Assembly (NCBI GenBank): GCA_002069765.1
Contig: MWBZ01000061.1
Location: 1-22,035 of the forward strand
Reading direction: 5' to 3'
From: a bacterium ADurb.Bin243
Lineage (GTDB): Bacteria > Muiribacteriota > UBA9980
DNA: 22,035 nt
Made by a program: the position numbers and the translations under genes. Within the stretch, counting starts at the first letter, position 1. Each line of letters begins with the position of its first letter. This document shows, piece by piece, positions 1 through 7,313 of this stretch. The notes beneath the pieces are model-generated. The model did not search any database. It worked only from the letters and a program-made list of their open reading frames with translations, and had not been told where the DNA came from.

Positions 1-1
1 A

Positions 2-73
2 GAGCTTCGCTTCGCTATCCGCGAAGGCGGCAGAACCGTAGGCGCAGGCATCGTTTCAGAAGTTATCGACTAA
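2..73 (+). CDS. tuf: Elongation factor Tu, C-terminal fragment (5' end lies outside the window)
   Basis: Frame 2 translates to ELRFAIREGGRTVGAGIVSEVID*, the canonical EF-Tu C-terminus. It lies immediately upstream of rpmG, tRNA-Trp, secE and nusG, the usual synteny. Confidence 0.85.
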   Translation, partial: ELRFAIREGGRTVGAGIVSEVID

Positions 74-86
74 TTTTAAAAAAAGC

Positions 87-116
87 TTGACAACAAGCTG
101 ATTAGTGTGATATAAT
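87..116 (+). promoter_or_regulatory. Near-consensus sigma70-type promoter upstream of rpmG: TTGACA, 18-nt spacer, TGaTATAAT (extended -10)
   Basis: TTGACA at 87-92; TG at 108-109; TATAAT at 111-116. Predicted TSS is about 123, giving a ~105-nt leader before the rpmG ATG. Confidence 0.55.
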
Positions 117-133
117 TAACAGATGTTATTAAA

Positions 134-173
134 TTAAGCCTGAAGCGGCAGAGAAATGTCGTTTCAGGCTTAA
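134..173 (+). promoter_or_regulatory. Perfect 11-bp inverted repeat (TTAAGCCTGAA ... TTCAGGCTTAA) with a 18-nt loop in the rpmG 5' leader
   Basis: Arms at 134-144 and 163-173 are exact reverse complements. No U-tract follows on the + strand, so it is not a canonical terminator. It lies between the predicted TSS and the rpmG RBS. Confidence 0.4.
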
Positions 174-228
174 GCAAACTAAAAATACGGTTTATATTAA
201 ACTAAAAAGTTAAGACAGGAGAGTTATC

Positions 229-378
229 ATGCGCGAAATTATTACACTCGAATGCACCACCTGCAAAAACAGGACATATTCGACAACAAAAAACAAACGC
301 AAGACGACGGATCGCCTTGTGTTGAACAAATACTGCAAATACGATCGCAAGCACACCGAACACAAAGAAGCTAAATAG
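229..378 (+). CDS. rpmG: 50S ribosomal protein L33
   Basis: 49-aa product [49 protein letters not shown] with the C-x2-C ... C-x motif typical of L33. A GGAGAG RBS sits 6 nt upstream. The six-frame track reports only the antisense 210-431 ORF here. Confidence 0.9.
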   Translation: MREIITLECTTCKNRTYSTTKNKRKTTDRLVLNKYCKYDRKHTEHKEAK

Positions 379-487
379 CATTGCCGTCTGGCGGCTACTT
401 TGCGGCGGCGCAAGACGGTTTGATAGTGCAATTTAAGCCGGCGGCGTCGCGCTCTTGATTAGGTTCAGCGTTTGTTATTGCAATGTT

Positions 488-558
488 AGGGCTATAGTTC
501 AATGGTAGAATAGCGGTCTCCAAAACCGTTGATGGCGGTTCGAATCCGTCTGGCCCTG
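488..558 (+). tRNA. trnW: tRNA-Trp (anticodon CCA)
   Basis: Cloverleaf folds by hand. Acceptor 488-494 pairs with 551-557, with discriminator G at 558. Anticodon stem GCGGT/ACCGT with loop CTCCAAA gives anticodon CCA. T-loop is TTCGAAT. The 5' end AGGG..CCCUG resembles E. coli tRNA-Trp. CCA is not encoded. Position between tuf/rpmG and secE is the conserved location. Confidence 0.9.
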
Positions 559-613
559 TTTCAGGTTTTTAAACATAAGATAAAAAGAATTTATTTGGTG
601 GTGAATTGTAACA

Positions 614-835
614 ATGAGTTTAAGCGAATCAATAAAAGGCGGATACGCGAGATTAAAAGAATTTCTTGGCATCGAAGTTCCCGCTGAAATGAAAAAAGTT
701 TCCTGGCCCAACAAGCAGGGCGTTTATTCTTCAACGAAAGCCGTAGTCGTTTCGGTATTGATGATATCCGTTTATATAGCGGTTGTAGATACGGTTTTCA
801 ACCGCCTTTTCGAAGTGATATTAAAGGTTAAATAG
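614..835 (+). CDS. secE: Preprotein translocase subunit SecE
   Basis: 73-aa protein with a single C-terminal TM helix (VVVSVLMISVYIAVVDTVF) and a conserved ...KEVSWP... motif. Sits immediately upstream of nusG. Confidence 0.85.
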   Translation: MSLSESIKGGYARLKEFLGIEVPAEMKKVSWPNKQGVYSSTKAVVVSVLMISVYIAVVDTVFNRLFEVILKVK

Positions 836-964
836 TTATTTTCAGCGCCGATCTCGCCCGGGGGTGTTTACGGCGCGGGTTTATTTTAATAGGAAATGGG
901 GTGCCGCTTTAAACAGAAAGCGACTTTTAATTATTTTTCAGTTTAGCTTTTTGTGCGATATTAT

Positions 965-1495
965 ATGGAAAGATCCTGGTACGTTGTTCACACTTATTCC
1001 GGGTCGGAAGACAAAGTAAAGGCTAACATACGCCAGCGTATTGAAAGCATGGGTATGAAAGACCAGATATTTACGGTTGTCGTTCCGAAAGAAAAAGTCG
1101 TTGAAATTAAAGACGGCAAACGCGTTGAAATCGAGCGCAAAGTTTATCCAGGCTACATTTATGTAGAAATGATACTTACCGACGATTCATGGTATGTCGT
1201 GCGCAACACGCCCGGCGTTACCGGATTTATCGGTTTCGGAAACAAGCCGACCCCGCTCACTGAAAAAGACGTTCAGGGCATCATGAAGCTTCTCGGTTAC
1301 GGCGAACAGAAGCCCGAAGATAAAATCACGTTTAAGGTCGGCCAGAAAGTCCGCGTTATCGAAGGCCCGTTCTCCGGTTTCAACGGCACGATCGACAGCA
1401 TCAGCCCCGAAAAGCATCTTGTTAAAATCATGCTCAAGATATTCGGGCGCGACACATCGGTCGAACTGGATTTCGCCCAGATAGAAGAAGCTTAA
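965..1495 (+). CDS. nusG: Transcription termination/antitermination factor NusG
   Basis: An N-terminal NGN motif (WYVVHTYSGSE) and a C-terminal KOW motif (GQKVRVIEGPFSGFNGTI) are both present. ATG at 965 is preferred over the in-frame GTG at 953 reported by the ORF track. Neither start has a strong RBS. Confidence 0.9.
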   Translation: MERSWYVVHTYSGSEDKVKANIRQRIESMGMKDQIFTVVVPKEKVVEIKDGKRVEIERKVYPGYIYVEMILTDDSWYVVRNTPGVTGFIGFGNKPTPLTEKDVQGIMKLLGYGEQKPEDKITFKVGQKVRVIEGPFSGFNGTIDSISPEKHLVKIMLKIFGRDTSVELDFAQIEEA

Positions 1496-1554
1496 TTATT
1501 AAATCACGTTTAGTTTTAATAAAGATATAACACACACTCGGAAGGAGAATTATC

Positions 1555-1983
1555 ATGGCTAAAAAAGTTGTTGCTTATGTTAAACTGCAATGCCCCGCCG
1601 GCAAAGCGAATCCTGCGCCTCCAGTAGGTCCCGCTCTCGGCCAGCACGGCGTTAACATCATGGCATTCTGCAAAGAGTTCAACGCCCGCACTTCGGCGCA
1701 GGCTGGAACTATCATCCCGGTTATTATTACGGTTTACGCCGACAAGAGTTTCGATTTTATATGCAAAACCCCGCCCGCGGCTATCTTATTGCGCGAAGCT
1801 TTAAAACTCGAAAAAGGTTCCGGCGTTCCTAATAAAACGAAAGTCGGCAAAATTACCATGTCGAAGCTCAAAGAGATCGCCAAGAAAAAACTCAACGATC
1901 TTAACGCTTACGACGAAGTTCAGGGCGCGAAAATCATCGGCGGCACCGCTCGCTCGATGGGCATCGACGTCATCGAAGATTAA
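1555..1983 (+). CDS. rplK: 50S ribosomal protein L11
   Basis: 142 aa. N-terminus [12 protein letters not shown]...[30 protein letters not shown] is the L11 signature. AAGGAG RBS lies 8 nt upstream. Confidence 0.95.
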   Translation: MAKKVVAYVKLQCPAGKANPAPPVGPALGQHGVNIMAFCKEFNARTSAQAGTIIPVIITVYADKSFDFICKTPPAAILLREALKLEKGSGVPNKTKVGKITMSKLKEIAKKKLNDLNAYDEVQGAKIIGGTARSMGIDVIED

Positions 1984-2069
1984 TTACGCAACTTTTGCAA
2001 TGGCGCTTTGACGCGCCGCAATTTGTGGAAGGATTTAATCCGCTATTACCACGAGGAGGTTTATTTTAA

Positions 2070-2759
2070 ATGGGAAAAAAATTCGAAGCCGCTTTGAAAA
2101 AAGTGGAACCCAACAAACTTTATAACTTTCAGGACGCTATAAAGCTCGCTAAAGAAATCGCTTATACCAAATTCGACTCTTCATTCGAAATTGCCATCAA
2201 GCTTGGCGTTGACCCGAAACATGCCGATCAGCAGGTTAGAAGCACAGTCGTTCTTCCTCACGGCACGGGCAAAAAAGTTAAAGTTTTAGTTTTCGCCGCA
2301 GGCGAAAAAGCCAAAGAAGCCGAACAGGCCGGCGCAGATTACGTAGGCGCTGACGATTACGCCGAAAAAATCAAAAAAGAAAGCTGGACCGATTTTGATT
2401 TCGTGGTAGCTACGCCCGATATGATGAAAATCGTCGGTCAGCTCGGTAAAATATTAGGTCCCCGCGGCTTAATGCCGAACCCGAAAACCGGAACCGTTAC
2501 ATTCGATATCGCTAAAGCGGTAAAAGAATTAAAAGCCGGCCGTATCGAGTTCAGAACCGAAAAGAACGGTATAATCCACGGACCTTTCGGAAAATCGTCT
2601 TTCGACGACAATAAATTAAATGAAAATTTCAGAGCTTTCTACGACGCCGTATTGAGAGCTAAACCTACAGGCGCTAAGGGCCAGTACATAAAGACCGTTA
2701 CCATCGCTACCACGATGGGCCCCGGACTCCGTATCAACCCCGCTTCGATGGTAAACTAA
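2070..2759 (+). CDS. rplA: 50S ribosomal protein L1
   Basis: 229 aa with typical L1 motifs ([21 protein letters not shown]..., [19 protein letters not shown]). GAGGAGG RBS upstream. Confidence 0.95.
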   Translation: MGKKFEAALKKVEPNKLYNFQDAIKLAKEIAYTKFDSSFEIAIKLGVDPKHADQQVRSTVVLPHGTGKKVKVLVFAAGEKAKEAEQAGADYVGADDYAEKIKKESWTDFDFVVATPDMMKIVGQLGKILGPRGLMPNPKTGTVTFDIAKAVKELKAGRIEFRTEKNGIIHGPFGKSSFDDNKLNENFRAFYDAVLRAKPTGAKGQYIKTVTIATTMGPGLRINPASMVN

Positions 2760-2957
2760 TTTATATAGACATTATGCCCTTATAAAAGGGCGGTTCTTTT
2801 ATAAGAATTTGTTAAAGACAGCATGGCAGGCATAGCCTTTAATCGCCAGGTTTTTAAAAACCGGCGGCCGGCCGAAACAAGCATAGAAATTTTGCGGATG
2901 ACGCCCTGCGGATCGTTTGATTATTTAACCGCCCGCCGGCGCGATTGTTCAAGATAT

Positions 2958-3010
2958 TAAAACCCTGTGTTGTTTCGGATATGCCAATGCCTTCAACGCA
3001 GGGTTTTTTT
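2958..3010 (+). terminator. Intrinsic terminator or attenuator in the rplA-rplJ spacer (the L10 leader region)
   Basis: A 10-bp stem, CCCTGTGTTG at 2962-2971 against CAACGCAGGG at 2993-3002, with one G.U pair. It is followed by T7 at 3003-3009. The loop is 21 nt, larger than a typical terminator loop. Sits ~100 nt upstream of the rplJ start, inside a 349-nt untranslated spacer. Confidence 0.5.
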
Positions 3011-3108
3011 AACCTCGCTTTGGAAGCCTCTTAAAACAAAAGCGTATGCAAAAAACCAAGTTATCCATAAATCGGAATAAATAAAATCTAAAGGAGGTGT
3101 ACACATTA

Positions 3109-3636
3109 ATGCCAACACCACAAAAAGAGCAAAAAGTTAAATTGATCAAAGAAAAACTGGGTCAGGCGCAGGGATTTATTTTAACGGACTTTAAAGGCGT
3201 CACAGTTAAAGACATTTCAGCTCTCCGCCGCAAGCTCAGAGCCGAAAAAGTCGAATATCGCATATTCAAAAACAATCTCGCGCGTATCGCCATCTCCGAA
3301 TTCGGATTTGCGGCGATCGAAAAACACATGACCGGCACGACCGCTATAGCTATAGCTTATGGCGATCCGATAGCGCCTTTGAAAGTATTGCACGAATTTG
3401 AAAAAATTAAAAAAATACCTTTAAAAGCCGGCGTTATCAACGGTGAAATTTACGATGCCGAACAGCTCACGGTTATGCGCAGCATTCCGGCTATGCCGCA
3501 ATTGCGCTCCATGTTCCTGTCGGTATTGCAGTCTCCTGCCCGCGGTATCGTTACCGTTCTTTCGGCCGGATCGAGAGGTCTCGTTCAGGTCCTCGCGCAG
3601 CACGCGAAGAAAATGGAAGAAGGACAGGCTGCATAG
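3109..3636 (+). CDS. rplJ: 50S ribosomal protein L10
   Basis: Conserved L10 N-terminal region (KLIKEKLGQAQGFILTDFKGVTVKDISALRRKLRAEKVEYRIFKNNLARIA). ATG at 3109 with AGGAGG at 3092-3097 is preferred over the GTG at 3097 from the ORF track. Confidence 0.92.
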   Translation: MPTPQKEQKVKLIKEKLGQAQGFILTDFKGVTVKDISALRRKLRAEKVEYRIFKNNLARIAISEFGFAAIEKHMTGTTAIAIAYGDPIAPLKVLHEFEKIKKIPLKAGVINGEIYDAEQLTVMRSIPAMPQLRSMFLSVLQSPARGIVTVLSAGSRGLVQVLAQHAKKMEEGQAA

Positions 3637-3737
3637 GCTTGATAAAAGCCTTTCCAACGCGTCAGGCATTTAATTGCGGCGCGGCGGCATAAAAAAATAA
3701 ATAAAACAATAAAAATTATCAGGAGGAAATGATTACA

Positions 3738-4100
3738 ATGACAAAAGATGAATTAATCCAGGCGCTTGAAAAAATGACATTACTCGAAGTTAACGATTTA
3801 GTGAAAACCCTCGAAGAAAAATGGGGAGTTTCCGCAGCAGCTCCGGTAGCGGTAGCAGCAGCAGCACCCGCAGCAGCGGCAGCTGAAAAAACAGAATTTG
3901 ACGTTATCCTTACCGATGCAGGCGCAAACAAAATCAACGTCATTAAAGTAGTTCGCGAACTCACCGGCCTCGGCCTGAAAGACGCGAAAGACCTCGTTGA
4001 CGGCGCTCCGAAGCCGGTAAAAGAAGGCATCGCTAAGAAAGACGCAGAAGACATAAAAGGCAAACTCGAAGCCGCTGGCGCGAAAGTTACCCTTAAATAA
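3738..4100 (+). CDS. rplL: 50S ribosomal protein L7/L12
   Basis: N-terminal dimerisation helix, Ala/Pro-rich hinge ([18 protein letters not shown]), then the C-terminal domain [39 protein letters not shown]...[16 protein letters not shown] at 3721-3726 favours ATG 3738 (11-nt spacing) over ATG 3729 (2-nt spacing). Confidence 0.93.
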   Translation: MTKDELIQALEKMTLLEVNDLVKTLEEKWGVSAAAPVAVAAAAPAAAAAEKTEFDVILTDAGANKINVIKVVRELTGLGLKDAKDLVDGAPKPVKEGIAKKDAEDIKGKLEAAGAKVTLK

Positions 4101-4136
4101 TTCGGCTTTTTTTGTGGTAAATTAAAGCTCTAATAT

Positions 4137-4176
4137 AAAAACCCCCGCGAATAAATATTTGCGGGGGTTTTTATTA
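4137..4176. terminator. Strong bidirectional rho-independent terminator that closes the rplJL unit on + and the convergent 4228-5628 gene on -
   Basis: AAAACCCCCGCG aataaatattt GCGGGGGTTTTTATT. A perfect 7-bp GC-rich stem (4142-4148 / 4161-4167) is flanked by an A-run upstream and a T-run downstream, so it can work in both orientations. Confidence 0.85.
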
Positions 4177-4227
4177 TAATGCGCCTTGCCGGGTTAAAAT
4201 ATGCAATTTTTATGATTTTAGCTCGGT

Positions 4228-5628
4228 TCAGTCGGCCGTAATTGCGATACGAAAGCCGTATCGTATGCTTCTCGTGTTCTGCGGTCCGCCACCTCGCGCC
4301 GCGCTGCGGCAAAACGAAGCTTCATTTCCCCACGCGCCTCCGCGTCTTACGCGCGCATAACCTGACGAAGGGCCGGCCGGATCTATGACGGAAAGGCTGT
4401 CGTAACTTCCGTACCAGTAATCGGAGCACCATTCCATTAAATTGCCTGAAGTGTCGTATAAACCGAAAGCGTTAGGGCGCTTCGAACCGGCCGGGTTAGT
4501 TTTTAAACCTGAGTTTGTATAATACCAGGAATAATTTTGAATTTCTATGTTATCGGTATCATCGCCCCAGAAATACCTGCTTTGAGATCCGCCTCGCGCC
4601 GCGAACTCCCATTCGGCCTCCGTGGGCAATCTAAAACCGCTGTAACCGGAAGGCTTTAAAGCGTTTATTTTTTCGAGAAATCCTCCGGCGCCGTTGATGT
4701 CGTCCCATGAAACGTTATATGCCGGATAGTAGTCCCCGGCGCCGTAAGCGGCCGTAGGGGCCGTTTCTGGCCATTTTCCGTATATAGTAAGCCATTGCGC
4801 CTGCGTTATTTCATATATTCCCATATAAAAATTTCTGGTAAATGAAACCTGCCGTTCAGGACCTTCAAATGATTCGCGGCCTTGCTCGTTTTCGGGGCTT
4901 CCCATTTTAAAACTTTTTCCGGCCGAGTAGATTTTTGCCATTTCGAGCGTTACTTTTGGTGACAGTTCTATTTTTATTTTTTCGGCCGCGGTCGAAGATG
5001 CCGCATAAAAACTTATACCGTTTTCTGTGAATCTTAAAAAGCATCCGTCGCTGATATTGATAAAATATGATGTAGCGGGGCTGAAGCGAGGGTCGGCGCC
5101 GTCGACTAAGTGCGTAGAACCGGTGCCGTCAGTTATGACTGATATAAAAGAACCCGCCGCGGGGTTCCATTTGTAAATGCCTTTAATGAAATGATAATTT
5201 TTCATGACTTGAGAAAAAGTAATGGCGGAAGTTTGTCCCGTGACTCCGATCAGGTTAAAGCCTGGTTTAAGCGGAAGGTCTGACCCGGAAGCTTCTGTGC
5301 CCGGCACATTTATAATTCCAGAGGCTTTGGATTTTATAATATATCCTTTTCCAGAAGAGATAGAAGAAAGCGAACCGTCGGAAAGGCTTAAAAAAGATCC
5401 TGCCGCGGCGTTGAAAAGATAAATGTCTTCTATGAGCGAACTATATTTTTGCATAAGTTCCAGGGGAGTTGTTTGCGGGCTTACGCTGAAGCATACGAAA
5501 TTAAATCCTGCATGTAAATTAATGTCCTGCCCGGCGTTCTGAGCGTAGGAAGGAAAAATTATTCCTATAACCGCCGTTAATAATAAAACGAGCAAAGCTA
5601 TTTTTAAATTTTTATAAAATTTGTCCAT
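4228..5628 (-). CDS. Secreted FGE/SUMF1-fold protein (formylglycine-generating-enzyme family C-terminal domain) with an N-terminal internally duplicated domain of unknown function
   Basis: N-terminal signal peptide KIALLVLLLTAVIGIIFPSYAQNAG. The C-terminal ~210 aa carry FGE-family hallmarks: RLPTEAEWEFAARGG, GNLMEWCSDYW, RVRRGGAWGNEA and GFRIA. The N-terminal part holds two copies of an IxxIYxxNxAAGSF[LI]S..DG motif. Confidence 0.75.
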   Translation of the reverse strand: MDKFYKNLKIALLVLLLTAVIGIIFPSYAQNAGQDINLHAGFNFVCFSVSPQTTPLELMQKYSSLIEDIYLFNAAAGSFLSLSDGSLSSISSGKGYIIKSKASGIINVPGTEASGSDLPLKPGFNLIGVTGQTSAITFSQVMKNYHFIKGIYKWNPAAGSFISVITDGTGSTHLVDGADPRFSPATSYFINISDGCFLRFTENGISFYAASSTAAEKIKIELSPKVTLEMAKIYSAGKSFKMGSPENEQGRESFEGPERQVSFTRNFYMGIYEITQAQWLTIYGKWPETAPTAAYGAGDYYPAYNVSWDDINGAGGFLEKINALKPSGYSGFRLPTEAEWEFAARGGSQSRYFWGDDTDNIEIQNYSWYYTNSGLKTNPAGSKRPNAFGLYDTSGNLMEWCSDYWYGSYDSLSVIDPAGPSSGYARVRRGGAWGNEASFCRSAARGGGPQNTRSIRYGFRIAITAD

Positions 5629-5735
5629 TTTGCGCCGATGGCCCTCCTGATTTTTTTCTTTTTAATAAAAAAGGAGGCATGGCGCTTATAGCTTACCCTG
5701 CCTTCTTTTATACTAATGAGCTTTTTATTTTTATA

Positions 5736-7283
5736 TTACGCTTTTTTATTGTCGGTTCCGCCGTCGGCGTTATTGACGTTTTCTTTTCCCTCGAGCCTTT
5801 TGATTATGCTTTCGAGCTTGACGCCGGTAAGCGCTTCTATGGCGGGGGGAAGCTGCGAGATAACGTTGATGACTTCTTTCGTCATTTTAGAAGCTCCGCC
5901 GGGGCCGTCGCCGGAATTGATCATGACTATCTTTTCTGTGCGCGATAAGGGTTCCGCAACCGCGCGCGCGAGCTCGGGAAGCTTTTCGATTACCATCTGG
6001 ACTATGGCCGCGTCGTTATATTTCTGCCATGCCGCGGCTTTTTCGGTCATCGCTTCGGCTTCGGACTGGCCTTTCGCTTTTATAATCTGGGCTTCGGTCA
6101 TGCCGCGGTTCTTTTCGATTTCGATGCTGGTCAAGCCTTTCGCTTTTTCTACTTCGGCCTGCGCGAGACCCTGGGCTTTTTCAACTTCCGCGCTGGTAAG
6201 GCCTTTCGCTTTTTCTACTTCGACTTCGGTCAGGCTTTTGACTTTTGCGGCGCCGGCGAGCATTTCTATTTTCTGCTTTTCGGCTTCGGCCGCTTTTATT
6301 ATAGTCGCTTCGAATTCCTGCTGTTTTCTTTTTACTTCTTTTTCCTGTATTTCGATCGATTTTTCTTTTTCTACGATCTGTACGTTCATTTCTTCGCGCT
6401 TGACTTCCTGCTGTTTGATATTATATTCGAGGTCGTACGCGAGGTCCGTCTGCGCCTTCTTTTTATTTACCGACGCCTGATATTCGGCCTGGTTCATTTC
6501 AAAGTCGCGGGTTTTTTCGGCTATTCTCGTCTTGGCTTCGATCTTGGCTATTTCCCCGTCGCGGGCCGCTTCGGAAGCCTTTATGGTGGCTATCATCTGA
6601 GCGTTGGCCTCGCCTATGGAAGCGTCTTTTTTAATTTCGGCTATGCGCGCCTTACCGAGCGATTCCAGGTACTGGTTTTCGTCGGTTATATCGCGCAGCG
6701 TGAAGGACACGATGCAAAGGCCCATGTTGGAAAGATCGGGGGCCGAAACCTGCTGGACCTTTATGGCGAACTCGTCGCGGTTTTTATAGATATCTTCGAC
6801 GGTCATCGTGCCGAGTATCGCGCGGAGGTGGCCTTCGAGCGTCTGGTGTGCTATCTTCATGATTTCGGTCTGGGTTTTGGAAAGGAATTGCTCTGCGGCC
6901 GTTCCTATGGATATTTCATCGGATTTTACCTTGATCTGCGCCACGCCGTCTACCAGAACCGGAACGCCGTGCAGCGTTATAACCGGAGGCGTTTTGATAT
7001 CGAGCGTTATTAATTCCATGGACATTATCTGCGCCTGTTCTATGACCGGAATGACAAACGCGCCGCCGCCGTGGACGATTCTATAGCCGACGACCGAAAC
7101 CGATCCGTCGGGATGAATGACCTTGCGCTTGCGGCCTGAAATGATTAAAACTTCGTTAGGGCCTACCTTGATATACCTCGACGCCCATATATAAGCGAAA
7201 AGGAATATTACCAGTAAGACGAACCCGGCCATATAAGCCGCCGTTGAAGACATGGAATTCAGTATTTCCATAAATTGCCCCAT
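5736..7283 (-). CDS. Flotillin / SPFH (band-7) family protein, YqiK/FloT-like
   Basis: N-terminal TM helix (AAYMAGFVLLVIFLFAYIWA) followed by an SPFH domain. A long coiled coil follows, carrying about five tandem 11-residue flotillin-type repeats (AEVEKAKGLTS / AEVEKAQGLAQ ...). Lies directly downstream of an NfeD gene, the conserved operon partner. Alternative start ATG 7271 (MEILNS) is 12 codons in; the ATG at 7283 has an AAGGAG with ~0 spacing. Confidence 0.85.
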   Translation of the reverse strand: MGQFMEILNSMSSTAAYMAGFVLLVIFLFAYIWASRYIKVGPNEVLIISGRKRKVIHPDGSVSVVGYRIVHGGGAFVIPVIEQAQIMSMELITLDIKTPPVITLHGVPVLVDGVAQIKVKSDEISIGTAAEQFLSKTQTEIMKIAHQTLEGHLRAILGTMTVEDIYKNRDEFAIKVQQVSAPDLSNMGLCIVSFTLRDITDENQYLESLGKARIAEIKKDASIGEANAQMIATIKASEAARDGEIAKIEAKTRIAEKTRDFEMNQAEYQASVNKKKAQTDLAYDLEYNIKQQEVKREEMNVQIVEKEKSIEIQEKEVKRKQQEFEATIIKAAEAEKQKIEMLAGAAKVKSLTEVEVEKAKGLTSAEVEKAQGLAQAEVEKAKGLTSIEIEKNRGMTEAQIIKAKGQSEAEAMTEKAAAWQKYNDAAIVQMVIEKLPELARAVAEPLSRTEKIVMINSGDGPGGASKMTKEVINVISQLPPAIEALTGVKLESIIKRLEGKENVNNADGGTDNKKA

Positions 7284-7313
7284 CTCCTTTTGATATTTTT
7301 TTGATTTTAATTC

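Noticed and set aside
384-420. GC-rich imperfect hairpin (CCGTCTGGC...GCAAGACGG) after rpmG, followed by TTT
   Set aside because: The stem has a mismatch and the U-run is only 3 nt. It may slightly attenuate transcription or serve as a tRNA-Trp processing context, but the evidence is too weak to call a terminator.
4228-5628. Calling the FGE-fold gene a bona fide sulfatase-maturating enzyme as part of a sulfatase system
   Set aside because: No sulfatase is encoded nearby and the catalytic Cys residues cannot be verified by eye. Only the fold-family assignment is supported.
6066-6262. Considered whether the 33-bp tandem repeats could be a CRISPR-like or minisatellite array
   Set aside because: The repeats are contiguous with no unique spacers, stay in frame within the flotillin CDS, and encode the expected 11-residue coiled-coil repeats. 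No cas genes occur anywhere in the window.
5716-6480. 254-aa + strand ORF, and the overlapping 5679-5948 ORF, antisense to the flotillin gene
   Set aside because: They lie entirely inside a well-supported minus-strand SPFH/flotillin CDS. The translation is low-complexity and S/F/A-rich, an artefact of the repetitive GC-skewed coiled-coil region. There is no RBS and no recognisable domain.
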